From the human T2T-CHM13v2.0 reference genome, Homo sapiens: 64,000 nt of DNA. The stretch lies in NCBI RefSeq assembly GCF_009914755.1, contig NC_060942.1. One strand, written 5' to 3'. The notes below the pieces were generated by a model. The model saw only the letters and a program-made list of their open reading frames with translations, was not told where the DNA came from and searched no databases. Shown here piece by piece: positions 1 through 13,859 of this stretch. Position numbers and translations under genes: made by a program. How positions within the stretch are numbered: the first letter of the stretch is position 1; each line of letters opens with the position of its first letter.

Positions 1-536
1 CGCAGCTGATTTTAATTCTTGGGTTTATATATAGTTTTTCATTTTAGGGCTCCTTTAAGTAGTAGGCTTCCATAGTCAAACAGTTACAAACTACAGATTT
101 GTACCCTACTTTTTAGGACACCTTTTCTGCATGAGCTGAACACCATTTCAAGAGCAAAAGATTATGTCTGTGGGGGGGGGATGGAGGGATGCAAGAAGCA
201 GGGGATGGAGGCTTCCGCCCAGAAAGTCAGAGATTCTGTAACAAAAAAGGGATTTTCTAGTTGCCTCAAGGGCCAACCCTGCTTTCTAGGCTAATATGCC
301 CCAAGCCTTTTCTTGCTGGGTCCTGATTGGGCTCCTTGAGGCTTGGTGACTAAGTCGGTAAAGGAGGCTAGAACATGTAGGTTCCCAGAGTCTATAAGGT
401 TGAAGTGGGACTTCTTGCTGTCCAGCCCTGACTCCTTACCCATAACCTCCTTGTCCTGGGGCATTGGGAAGCTGAGGAGGATTTCTGGACTCTGTTGACC
501 AGACTGGGAATGCATGTATTAAAGAAAGCGGCCCTA

Positions 537-866
<330 letters not shown>

Positions 867-1819
867 TGCCCACTAATAATTGTGTATAGAAAAGCATTGA
901 ATGGAAGGTCAGAAGGTCAGGTGCTCTCTGGGAAAAGTCCAGGAATACCCACCTACCTGGTGAGGGGAATTTGTTCCTGTATTCAGCCAGCCATGATTGA
1001 GTACCTGCTGTTGGCCAAGCATGGTCCCTTCCTAGGAACACACAGGCTGTGACAGCATGGCCCCTCCCAAGCAGCTCACTTCTAGGGTGTTTCCATTTTG
1101 TTTGGGAGAGGGAGGTTGGTGAGTGAGAGAAAGACATAAGTACCAAAGCAAATAATGACAAGCTTTTGGGTGTCTTGTGACTGTGTTAATAAGTTGTTTC
1201 TATGCTTGGGGTTTATTTGGTCATAATAACTGTCTGGACAGATGTGAAGTAATCATGACCTCAGCTCCTTCCTCACCTGTGTACTTGAGGTATCCAAGAC
1301 ACTCTCACCTCTTCCACACCTGTGAAGAAGCAACTGTGCCATCCAGTGGCCCAGCGTGCAGCCAGGAAGGGGGGTACACCCATGGGGAACACTAGAGCCA
1401 TTAAGGAAATTGCCTTTTTTGTGAGTAGAGAGGTGGTTGGCCCAGGTATTTACCCAAGTCGTTTTCTGCTCTCAGAGCTCATGTTTTGCTCTCAGAGAAC
1501 ACAGAACTGGTTCTTCACACCCATGTAATGTGCATATATTATACATATCATCCACCTGTTTATACTTGAAAGCCTTTTGGTCTTTTGCGGGCCTCAGTGC
1601 TCCAGGCTAACTAGCTCTCTTTCTTCTTGCTTGTTGAACCTTAAAAGTTCCTCATTCAAGGATAAAGGAGACCACCTATTATCTGGAGGTTGGTTATGAT
1701 CATTTCCATCCCAAGTTTGCTGATGCAGGAAAGTAAGGTAAATAAGTGGAATGTTAGGAGAAGGTTCTCACCCGCCTTTGGCCTGCACAGAACACTGGAG
1801 CTATTCAATGGGACTCAAC

Positions 1820-1975
1820 TGTACTTCTCACTAGAATCCCCCGGGAGTGTCTAAAACCCCGTTTATCCAGCCACACCCGGACCAGTAAATCAGAATCTCA
1901 AGGTGGGCTCAGGCTTTGGTGATTTTGTTGCTCCCTGGGGATTCTGATGTGCAGACAGCGTTGAGAGCATCAATC
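1820..1975. mobile_element. MER5A-like hAT-Charlie DNA transposon fragment
   Basis: tagaatcccccggga...cagaatctc...gattctgatgtgcag...ttgagagca resembles the MER5A consensus. Confidence 0.55.
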
Positions 1976-3643
1976 TACGCTACTTTCTCATTTCATACTG
2001 GAAGCAGACTGAGGCCAAGGGTCACCTTCCACGAAGTGGGCTGGTCCTAACTCTCGGGCCAGAGCTTTCCCCTGGGTGCCCACTGCCTCACGTTGTCCTT
2101 CGGACTGAGCTGCTGCCCCAGGTGACTGCATAGGGGATTGGCCTTGATCAGCTTGCCCCACCAGGCCCCACGATGACACTGCTGCACCCTCACTGGTTGG
2201 CAGGGACAGCAGTGAGGCGCTCACCTGTCTCTCAGCGCTTTCTTCAGGGCACTCTGCTTACCAGGCTCAGGAGAGAGGACACCTCCAACAGAGCTGAGGA
2301 AGGTACCTGGACCACACACAGCTCCATTTTGCCTCTCACTTTCCGGGGTCCTCAGAGTCGCTGCAAATCAGGATGACGACAGAGCATTAGTGAGGAGGGC
2401 CTTCGGGATGGTCAGGCCTCTGGGCCTGCGTCCCCTCATCAGTGTGGATGGTTGGCCTCTCTTCCTGGCCTGGAAATAGGTCCAATGACCCTTTTCTGCA
2501 TAAAAGTCACTTTAGAAATACTGGCCCTCGGGCCTGCCTCTCCCAGTGCTTTGTCACTCCAGCCACAGGTTCTTCTGTGTACTTTCTTTCCCCTCTCTTC
2601 TTCCCCAAGTGACCTTTCCTTAAGCTTTCAGGGTAAGTGAACTTATTCTAACAGTACCCTTGTGACCAGCCCTGCGTCCCGGGAGTATACAGTGATTTGC
2701 ACCCACGGAGGAACCGTTTTCCCTTCATGATGAGTGGATTAATTTGGTCCACGTAGGAATATCCAGATGTGCAGTCGTGTTGTCATGGATTATGACTTCC
2801 TTGCTTAGCATTCCAAGGATATTGTAAAACAGGCGTGGGTGCTTTCAGGAGGCTGCCTTACGCATGAGCATTAAGCATGAACTCCAAAGTGTGGCCAGTG
2901 TGGAAGGATCTAACTTGTAACTGTCAGACAAGTCTGGGAGCCCTGAGTGTACATTCAGTCTGAAGACTAGACATACACACTTCCATCTGATGATGTCAGT
3001 GCATATTACTCTTGCTTTGAACCCTGCCAGTCTCTTACCATATGTCTACTTGGTCAGCCTGCTATTTTGGTCCAAGGCTAAGTGTTCTTTGTCAGTCATT
3101 AAAATATGCAAAGACCTCTGCTTGTTAAGTCTATAATGATAAGGAGTTTGCATAGTAATGGACTTAATTTATGAGGGAAATTACAGAGTGAAAAGTGGCT
3201 GTTTAAGATTGGCCGCCCGCCCTGAGGCTTTTTGTTTATTACAGGCTTTCTGGGGTTAGAAGGTGAGGGAGAAGACACTACGACATACCTTGGGAGGATC
3301 CAGCAAGGTGTGGGGGTGGGGCAGAGATGAGCGCTGCTGAGTGACACTACCAGTTCACAGGGCAACCCTTGAGGCAGGGAACAGGTCCTCATCTTTGGCT
3401 GGAAGGGCAGGCATCCTTTGCTGTTTGCTGGTACCACAGGATGGTTTCTTTACAGTGACTGGTGGTAGTTCCAAGTTCTCTTCTTTGTCTCAGAATATAC
3501 TGGTTGGTTCCATTCACAAAGAAGGGAAGTACATCTGCTGAAGTTAAAGGAACAGGTGGGCATTTGGGCGTGGATTTTTTCCCCTTTAAGGAGTCCTGAT
3601 CAGAAGTGCCCATGCGTGCTAATGTGTGCCCTTGCATACTGGC

Positions 3644-3646
<3 letters not shown>

Positions 3647-3679
<33 letters not shown>
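3647..3679. repeat. (TG)n microsatellite
   Basis: Direct reading of the sequence. Confidence 0.95.
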
Positions 3680-4360
<681 letters not shown>

Positions 4361-5628
4361 ATAATGTGTGTGTGTGAATTCACACCTGTTCAGCTCCTGA
4401 GGGGAATTACCGAATATGCTGGGTTTTAGAAAAACCCTTATAACTGTAAAGAAAGGTATATTCTCATCTGGTTCTTTTCCAAATGAGCCTTTCTCGTTTC
4501 TGGTGCAGGAAGAGGTGGCTACGGCTTTGTGAGAGGGGAGTTATTGGGTCGTGTGCTTTTGTGGATGGGCCTGATTTTCTAGGGTGAAACACACTGGTGG
4601 ATGTTGGAGGAGTCTGTGCTTCCTAGCAGGGCCTTCTGTGCTCACTGTGGGACTCAGCTGGAGTGTTCTCCACACCACAGCCCTGAAGGACGCAGGGGCT
4701 TCAGAGACTGTTAATGGGACTTCCTGGTGGCCGTCCCATGGATCCCCACGTGACTCTCAGCCCCTGAGGACAGGAGGCAAGCCTGGTTCAGCTGTGTGTT
4801 CCTGACAGGGCTCACGGTCACATTGTTGAGTGGGTGGGGGTGGATGCATGGAGAGGTGAACCTGCCTGTCTGGGCTCTGGGCTCTGCCAGAGCCTGGGCA
4901 GCATCTGTGCTGCCCGAAGAGCCCACCCAGGGCCTCCCCAGGGCTCCTTAGGGTACCTGAAGGAGGGCAGCCTTCAGCCCTTCTTCTGCATGATCACCTC
5001 ACTTGCCTGGGTGCAGATTGAACAAAACATCAATTGCCTATTTACTGGTCACCTGAAAATGCTCTTCTACAAAGGAAGGCCAAAGTGTGACAGAACGTGT
5101 CGAGATTCTCAGGATCCGAAGCCTATACATTTATTTCTGCCTGTGGAAGTTATCCCTAATGACAATTTGGATGTGCATACTTAATTTAAGTAAATACTTA
5201 AATGAGTGTTTTACTTTGGATTTAAAAGCTCAGAGCATCATACAGAGATAAACAGTAAATCTTTTCATCACTGCCTTCTGGCTGTAGGGAGACCTGAGAG
5301 CAGTGCAAGGAGACATGGGGGCCACTAATTTTATAGGTGGCCAGCACATCAGTGAGTATGACTTGTGCTTCTCAGTGCACCCCACTGTGTACATGCACAG
5401 AGTTAGTTGTGCTTTGAAGTGGGTATAGGTGTGGAAGGAACATGTACGCATCTTGGGTGGGCTCAGGCACAAGGCATTTTGGGGTGACCCTGCCACTGGC
5501 AAGGCCTTGAGTGGGGGCCAGAGCCTAGAGTTGGGACACTCAGCCTGCTCCTGGTCAGCTGAGCTGGGGTGCAGGTCAGGGTGCAGCCTCAGTGAAGGAA
5601 ACTGGAGTGTCAATCAAAAGCCCAGTAG

Positions 5629-6062
<434 letters not shown>

Positions 6063-6665
6063 TAAGGAGCTTTCTCAGACCCCACAGCCTTTGGACCCCA
6101 GGATTGCAATTTCAGTGTCTGATTCTAGGCCCTAGGCATTCTCCTGTGTAGAATTACACCACCCTGGATGGGTAACATGGGGTTTCTGCTGCTGAGATCT
6201 GCAATGGGCAGATGTGAGTCTCCCCCAGTCCAGCCTGGGACTCAGCACCTGGAGAGAGGCTAGGCTCGCTGCCTGCTTTCCTAGGATTAACTGGGATTTC
6301 AGAGGGCTGTGTCTCAACCCATAGCACAGGCACTTCAGAGCTGCAGCTGCAAGTGCTGTCACAGGGGTCTAGGCAAGCTCTGTCCCCTGAGTTACGGGGC
6401 TGTGCGGGGAAGTCCTGTCTACTCATGAACTGGCTACCTGTAAAATCAGTTCCCCACCTCCTCAGCTCGCCTCTGCACTGCTCTCAGGTAAGACTGGTGC
6501 CTCCTCCATAGCTCTGGCTGACTCTTAGAAATCTGGCAATATTACTGAAATGGAAATTCACTGTTAGTTAATTGCAGAGTGAAACTACAGTTTCTGTAGA
6601 AAGTCCGGTATGTCATGAACACAGAGGGCGATGTGTGTGCTTGGTTCACACACATTGATGAGTGA

Positions 6666-7039
<374 letters not shown>

Positions 7040-7880
7040 TAAAGGATTTGAGCATCAAAAAATTATGAAAGGTGGAAAATTGATGAAGCTGTTGAATAGT
7101 TTGCTACAAAAATGACCTTTCTGATTGTCTTAGAAAAGCCAAACAAGCCAAAGGTATCAGAGTAGTTGGTCAGAAAAAGTACACACAAAATTAGAAACAA
7201 AAACAAAAAAACACCAAAAAGTCATTTCATTCTTTGTTCATTAGGGCAAATTAGAACATGGTTATGACTGCATGTTCCTAGGCTATGTTTTGCCAAATGT
7301 AGTAAAAAATAGACTTATCTTAATATTTTTAGTTCCGTTTTAAGGAACAACCCAAACTTTTTCAATCCATCCCTGCTCCGCCAAATCATTTACTATCAAA
7401 TGATGGTCTTTGTTCAAGTAGATTTATGTAAACTTACCACCACCCTACCCTGCTCCCTGTACCTGATATTCTTAGTTAACTAGGACCTGTTCTTATTTCA
7501 GCCTAGCAAAAGAAACTGGTAGACTAGAGAGGTTTTAGCAGGCAGTTTGCAATTCCTTAGCAGCCCAGAAGAGTTAATGTTTTGCGTAATCATGCCATAT
7601 ATTTATTCTTTCTACCCGGTCTATGAGAAACTCTCCCAAAGGAATAATTTTTTTCTTGTTCCTAGTTGCTTTTGAAATCATGGCCATCCAGGGAGCATAA
7701 CCTTTTTATTGCATCCTAATGATTTTGAAGTTGTTTTTAATAGGGTTTCAGATTTAATATTTATCAGTTACCGGGTTCAAATCAGTGATAGTGGAATACT
7801 TAACAGTATTAGCTAATGCCTTAGAAAAGCTGCACACAGCGCTCAAGTTATCCTGTATATTACAAGAGGCACCTTGTCTT

Positions 7881-7903
7881 TGTGTGTGTGTGTGTGTGTG
7901 TGT
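7881..7903. repeat. (TG)n microsatellite
   Basis: Direct reading of the sequence. Confidence 0.9.
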
Positions 7904-8174
7904 CCTTGGGGGAAGTGTCAGCATCAAAAGGATCAGTCACTTCCTTAATCATCACAAAGAGGCCCTCTAACCAGGGAGAATGTTCAGGATTCAGCCAGCA
8001 AGATGGGCCTGGCGTGCAGGGTGGGAACATGGCAGCCTCTTAGAGACAGCTTTTGTCTGATCTTTTCTTAACGGACTTCATGTTTTTGTTTTAGGGTAGT
8101 TTTAGATTTGCACAAATGTCTGATCAGTTCTGCAATGCAGTTTTAACTCCCAGATTTTTTCCTTCTTTCTGCAG

Positions 8175-8246
8175 ACGGCGCCTCATCTCCCAGAGATCTT
8201 CCTTGGAGACCCTGGAAGATATTGAGGAGAACGCCCCTCTCCGGAG
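8175..8246 (+). CDS. CABLES1: CABLES1 internal coding exon (exon 2, 72 nt, phase 2/2)
   Basis: Acceptor ttctttctgcag|A and donor AG|gtaatt; encodes (R)RRLISQRSSLETLEDIEENAPLR(R), recognised as CABLES1; in frame with the next exon. Confidence 0.96.
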
Positions 8247-10130
8247 GTAATTTTCTGTTTCATTTATGTATATGTAAACAGTACACCATGACAGCCAGAG
8301 ATTGATTTTGGTTTTTTAACTTCTTGATCTATAGAATTAAATTTAAAAATAACCATCTGAACTCCAGGGACTATGGGACATCTCCTAGTGTCTAACCCAC
8401 CTCTGAAGACCACTAGAACTAAACAACGTTAAATCCAATTAGGTGTTGGAGTAGCCCAATTTGCATGGAGATTTGGGTGCTTTTCTTTCCGTGGCGCCTC
8501 TTCATTTTGTAAACTGCTGCTTAATGGAACAAGAGCCCAGCATTGTCCCGGCCTATCCCCCAGGTGCAGTCACACAGTAGGTACAGTCCTGGACTTCATT
8601 CTCAGCAGGAGGGGCAACAAGAACTCCTCAGGAGGTAACCACGATGTCGCTCCCTGGCTAGGTGCTGGGAAGCCCAATTAGGATAGTTGTGAGTGCTCTC
8701 TGGGGTCTGAAAGTGTTCTGTTTCTCCCTTGGGATTAGAAGAGTGCTTGCAAGGCGTCTTTTTGGGTGATGGCCATTGCTGAGCTGTGCTGTGCTGTGCC
8801 GGTGACTGACAGGTTCCTCTCCTCTAACCCAGCCAGGCCCTCATGGACGAGAGTGCACTCAGGTGTACTGCACCCCCTTCCATCCTCACTGCAGCCCTGA
8901 GCTGGGTGGGGCAGCATGTGGGAGTGAGCCAGGAAGATGGGGCACAGGGGCTTCCCGGGGACTGCAGGGCAGGCGGCAGCAGGGAGGGCATCGGGAGGAG
9001 GTGAGCTCCTGTGGACTTCCATCAGCTCCTCCTCGAACCCGCATCTGCACCGTGCGTGCCTTGGCCAGGCCAGGACTTGGGAGCGCCTGGCTCTTCCTTC
9101 TGAGCCTGGCAGGGTGCTGCTGTAGGAGATGGCCTCCCCCTGGATCTGGCTCCTTCCCCACCTGAAGCTTCACTCCCAGGGCAGAGCCCATGTCTGTAGG
9201 CTCCGCCTGCATGAAGAACAGAGGGCAGAGTGAGCACAGACAGCCTGGGGTCAGAGGGGAAGTGTCCGGCAACTGTGAACTTTGTCACTGACATCATCCC
9301 AAAGAGAAAGGGCTGAATAGTCCCATCTCCACTTTTGGAGTCTTTTTCAAAGCGTGGGTAACCTCCAGGTGCCTCCTAGGATGTGTGGTATGTGGCTGTG
9401 TGGCAAACGCGGCCTGGGAACAAGTGTTACTCTGTGAGGAGCAGTTCAGTGGGAGAAGGCCATTTCCCTGCAGGAGTCATACAGAAAGCTACGCTGAAAG
9501 TCAAATGAGGGAGCTGGCCTTGGTCCACATACTCAGCGAGCATGCAGGAGAGGTGTTCGCAGGCGCACTGAGTGGCTGGCTTTGGTGTTAGAGTGAGTGA
9601 CATCGCGATCTGACTGAGGTGCTCCCTCACTCCTGCCACAGGAAAATCCATGAATAACGTTGAGAAGCCCCTGGAGTTTCGAGAGGCTACTAGAAGCCAT
9701 GGTCCTTGGAACAACGTGGCCACTGTGAGCCGAAGGAAACCGGGTGACTCGGGGTACCGGCTACAGAGGGCTCTCCCCTCTTCAGGAATTCCCAGGCAGG
9801 GCTGTTGAGCCTCGGGATGCAGTGTCCTTGAGTCTCGAGGTGTCGAGGAGAGGCTGGAGGAGGACGTGGGTTCTGCGTTCCTGGTTGGTGCGCTGTCACC
9901 CCTCTTCACGGAATCCACCCAGACTGGTCCTCAGCCTTGTGGTAGCACAAATGAATGCAGTAAAAATGCTTGTTGGCCTCAACTGTGACTTGTACCAGCG
10001 TTCACAGAATACTGCACTGAACCTCAAATCTTGTTATTATAAAATTCTAAGAATGTCAGAAATCAGAAGAGTTTTAGAAATCAAGTGTTTATTCCACTAA
10101 AGGACCTTTTTTTGATTTAAAAAAGTTCTC

Positions 10131-10287
10131 AGCCGGGTGCAGTGGCTCACACCTATCATCCTAGCACTTGGGGAGGTGGAGGCAGGAAGATTGCTTAGTC
10201 TAGGAGTTCAAGACCAGCCTGGGCAATGTAGTGAGACCCCCATGTCTACAATCAATCAGTCAACACAAAAATACATAAATAAATAAG
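10131..10287 (+). mobile_element. Alu monomer (FLAM-like)
   Basis: Left-arm Alu sequence followed by an A-rich tail. Confidence 0.85.
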
Positions 10288-10298
10288 GTTCTCATATT

Positions 10299-10595
10299 GG
10301 CTGGGCACGGTGGCTCACACCTGTAACCCCAGCACTTTGAGAGGTTGAGGCAGAGGGGTTGCTTGAGGTTAGGAGTTTGAGATCATCCTGGGCAATGTAG
10401 TGAGACCCCATCTCTACAAAAAAAAAAAAAAAAAAAAAATTAACCAGGCACATGGATGTGCACCTGTAGTTCCAGCTACTCAGGAGGCTGAGGCGACAGG
10501 ATCACTTGAACCCAGGAGTTCAAGACTTAAATGAGCTATGCTCAACACTGCACTCTAGCCTGGAGTTTCTTAAAAAAGAAAACTTAAAAAAAAGA
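10299..10595 (+). mobile_element. Alu (AluJ-like) with expanded middle A-tract
   Basis: Alu consensus; flanked by gttctcatatt repeats. Confidence 0.9.
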
Positions 10596-10659
10596 GAACT
10601 TAAAAAGCATAACTGTTCTCATATTTACTTAGACATTCACTTATTCCTAGGAGTTATAT

Positions 10660-10830
10660 TAGCATGATGTAGAAGAAGAGACATTAGTTTGAGAGCCTGG
10701 GAACCTGAGTTCTTAGCCTGACTCCAACTGGGTATGTAGCATTGTAAATTGACTTAGTGTCTCTGGGGCCTCAGTTTTCCCATCTATAAAATGGGAAGAC
10801 CAATTGGCTGATCGCTGAAGCCTTCTCTGG
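10660..10830 (+). mobile_element. MIR fragment
   Basis: ctctggggcctcagttttccccatctataaaatggg is the MIR core. Confidence 0.7.
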
Positions 10831-12228
10831 TCTGTGAAATGGTAACACCAATAATGATGCTGAAGTATTTTGGGAACTGTGGGGGTGGAAGGCTATTAGC
10901 CCAACTTGCTTTTAAGCTTAGCAGAAGAACAAATGGCTCCAAGGAATCTATTAGACCTTTTGCATAATTAAGTATATCCTGTAATCAGTGCTAACAAGAA
11001 AGAGCTAATCTTTCATTAAATTAGTTTTTAATTTAATTCTATGCTAATTTAATTTTGCATCACTTAAAATGTATGTTTTTAAATGGATGTTTACACGCTG
11101 TTGCAGGCGGCTGTGAAATTAATTCATTCTTCGCTTAACCTGCCAACCTGAGCGCCCGGTATTCCAGTTCCTTGGCAATTGTTGCCAACGCCACAATTCT
11201 CTTAAAGCATTTCTTAGATTCCCTGGTGATTTGGTTGAATGCTTAAAAAAAAAAAAAAAAAGGCAAGACAACAAACAGCTTGCTTAATGAAGGGCTAGAT
11301 TAGTAAGGTGTATGTGCAGTTAGAATTGGGTGCTGATATGGAAATAAAACATCTTGTTAAGTTACCCTGTTAAAAGTCCTACTTTCCTCTAGCACATCGT
11401 GGTTTGTTAGTGGATTTCCTGTATCTACCTGTAACTCCAAGAACTGAGCATGCGTCATGAGAGGACTTGGACTGAGAAGTTTTGCACCTGCCTAGTGGTT
11501 ACCTGGTGTCCAAAAATAAGGAGTTAAGCCGTCTCTACTAGTTGTCAAGAAAAACCTCTATTTGTTTGCAGCAAACGTGGCTGCCATCGGCACCTGCCCT
11601 GGTTTTCCAGACTGGGTGGATGGATGCTGGTGGCCGCAGCTGTTAAAGTGATCACAGCCTCAGCTCCTTCCTTTGCTGGTACAGACAGCCACCTGTGGCC
11701 CTTTTGTGGCTTTCCACTTCCAGAAGAAGGCTGAGGAATCTGGGGCCCCTCTTTCTGCAGAGAGCAACTCAGGCCATCCTTCGTCTGTGCTGGCGTCAGT
11801 CCCAGCTTCCTGCAGCTGGGAGGTGGGAGGAAGGAGCCAGAGTCTGCTGAGGTGGCAGGATCTGCGAGCCGCCTGAACCCGCACACTGTCTAGCTCTTGG
11901 CCTGCTGCCCTCAGATTGACTGGCCCAGGAAGCTCTGCTCCTGGGAAAGGAAGCCAGGGAAGTGGTATAAGGATGCTTCTGAACCCTTGGCCCTATCTAG
12001 AAACCACTTTATGCTTTCAGGGATTCTCCTCTTTCCAGTGACTCCATGTTTCAAGAACCTTCTTTGCGTGTGTGTGACAGGTGGGAACTTTGAGTGGCCT
12101 GCAGATTCGAGCAGTCATTCTGGAGGAAGAAATGAGGCTGTTTGGAGTTCTGGGTCTGCTCTCAGAGAGCAAAAGGCAGAGTGAGGCCCTATCTCCTTGA
12201 ACCTTAGCCAATTAAATCTGGGTTTAGT

Positions 12229-12380
12229 GGCCCAGGCGCAGTGGCTCACACCTATAATCCCAGCACTTTGGGAGGCTGAGGTGGGAGGATTTTGGGGCTG
12301 CAGTGAGCTATGATGGCACCACTGCATTCCAGCCTGGGCGACAGAGCAAGGCCTTGTCTTTCTTTTTAAAAAATTAAAAA
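12229..12380 (+). mobile_element. Alu monomer/internally deleted Alu
   Basis: Alu 5' end joined directly to ggctgcagtgagctatgatggcaccactgcattccagcctggg. Confidence 0.85.
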
Positions 12381-12448
12381 ATCTGGGTTTGGAGGCCTAG
12401 AGTTGGGTGGGGGAGTGTCAATCCCAACCCCACTCTAACCCCTCCTGA

Positions 12449-12812
<364 letters not shown>

Positions 12813-13766
12813 AGAATCTTTCTTTAGAGTCAAGAATCAGGTCACAGGCACCCATGTCCCATGGCAGGAGCTGGCTCCTGTGGCCTAGGTCAGAAAGGTT
12901 TTTCGGTAGCAAAACCCAAAATCGAAAAGTCACAGCCCCTTTTATCTAGAATAAACTGAGACTCTTGTTTGTTGAGCATTTTGCTTTTCTGTCGTTGTGA
13001 TTGTGGTTTTGTAACTTAAAATTTGCCAGGTGAAAACACTACACACAAATAAGGTCTCCTTGGCCTATGGTCTATTTTGCCAGTCCTATAGTACAGGCAA
13101 ATGCTATATACTCCAGCAAAATAAAAATTTTAAAAAAACTTGAATCCAAGCCATTTTAGCTCAACAAATGTTTATTTAAAATTTATCTTAAAAACAAAAC
13201 AAAACAAAAACAGCAACTAGTTGGGTCTCTGATTTCTCATTCAGTGTAAAGCTGTGACCTCCCAGGCATAGCAGGTCAAGTTGAAACTTAAGACAGCTGT
13301 CCAGGTAATTCAGGCCAAAATCTTGTTGCAGAAGAAAAATGATTCAGGCTTGTTTTTGAACTGAATTTTCCGATGTTTCCCTACCCCCTTTAAATGTACA
13401 GTTTTTGGTTCCCTTCCCCTTCGTTGATACAGCAGGATTCTTTTTAAGACAACAATAAAGAATAATGTCTTTGGAATCTGCATAGGTTTTTGTTTTTTTT
13501 AATGCAGGGGACAATATTCTTGATTAGTTGGCTTTTTAGAGACCCATGTAAAATAATAACAGTATTATCAAGAAGTTGTCTATTATTGGGCCTTTTTTAA
13601 GCTTCCTTGCTTCCAGCCGTGTTGTCTTCATTATCCTCGCGGACTCCTGCCTGCTTTGGGGTGACTCAAGCCATTTGTCTGGTCCTTCCTTCCTGTCTTT
13701 ATGTGGAGACGTCTCAGCTGTCCAGCAGGCAACTGACTGTGTTTTTGAAATGACTTTATTTTTCAG

Positions 13767-13859
13767 ATGTCGAACTCTCTCAGGTTCACCCAGACCAAAG
13801 AATTTTAAGAAGATTCATTTTATCAAGAACATGCGGCAACACGATACCAGGAATGGCAG
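13767..13859 (+). CDS. CABLES1: CABLES1 coding exon 3 (93 nt, phase 2/2)
   Basis: Acceptor tttatttttcag|A and donor AG|gtacta; encodes CRTLSGSPRPKNFKKIHFIKNMRQHDTRNG(R), including the SP motif recalled as the CDK phosphosite. Confidence 0.96.

Noticed and set aside
8735-10100. Cluster of overlapping GC-rich ORFs in intron 2
   Set aside because: Low stop-codon density in GC-rich intron; no homology recognised and no coherent splice structure.
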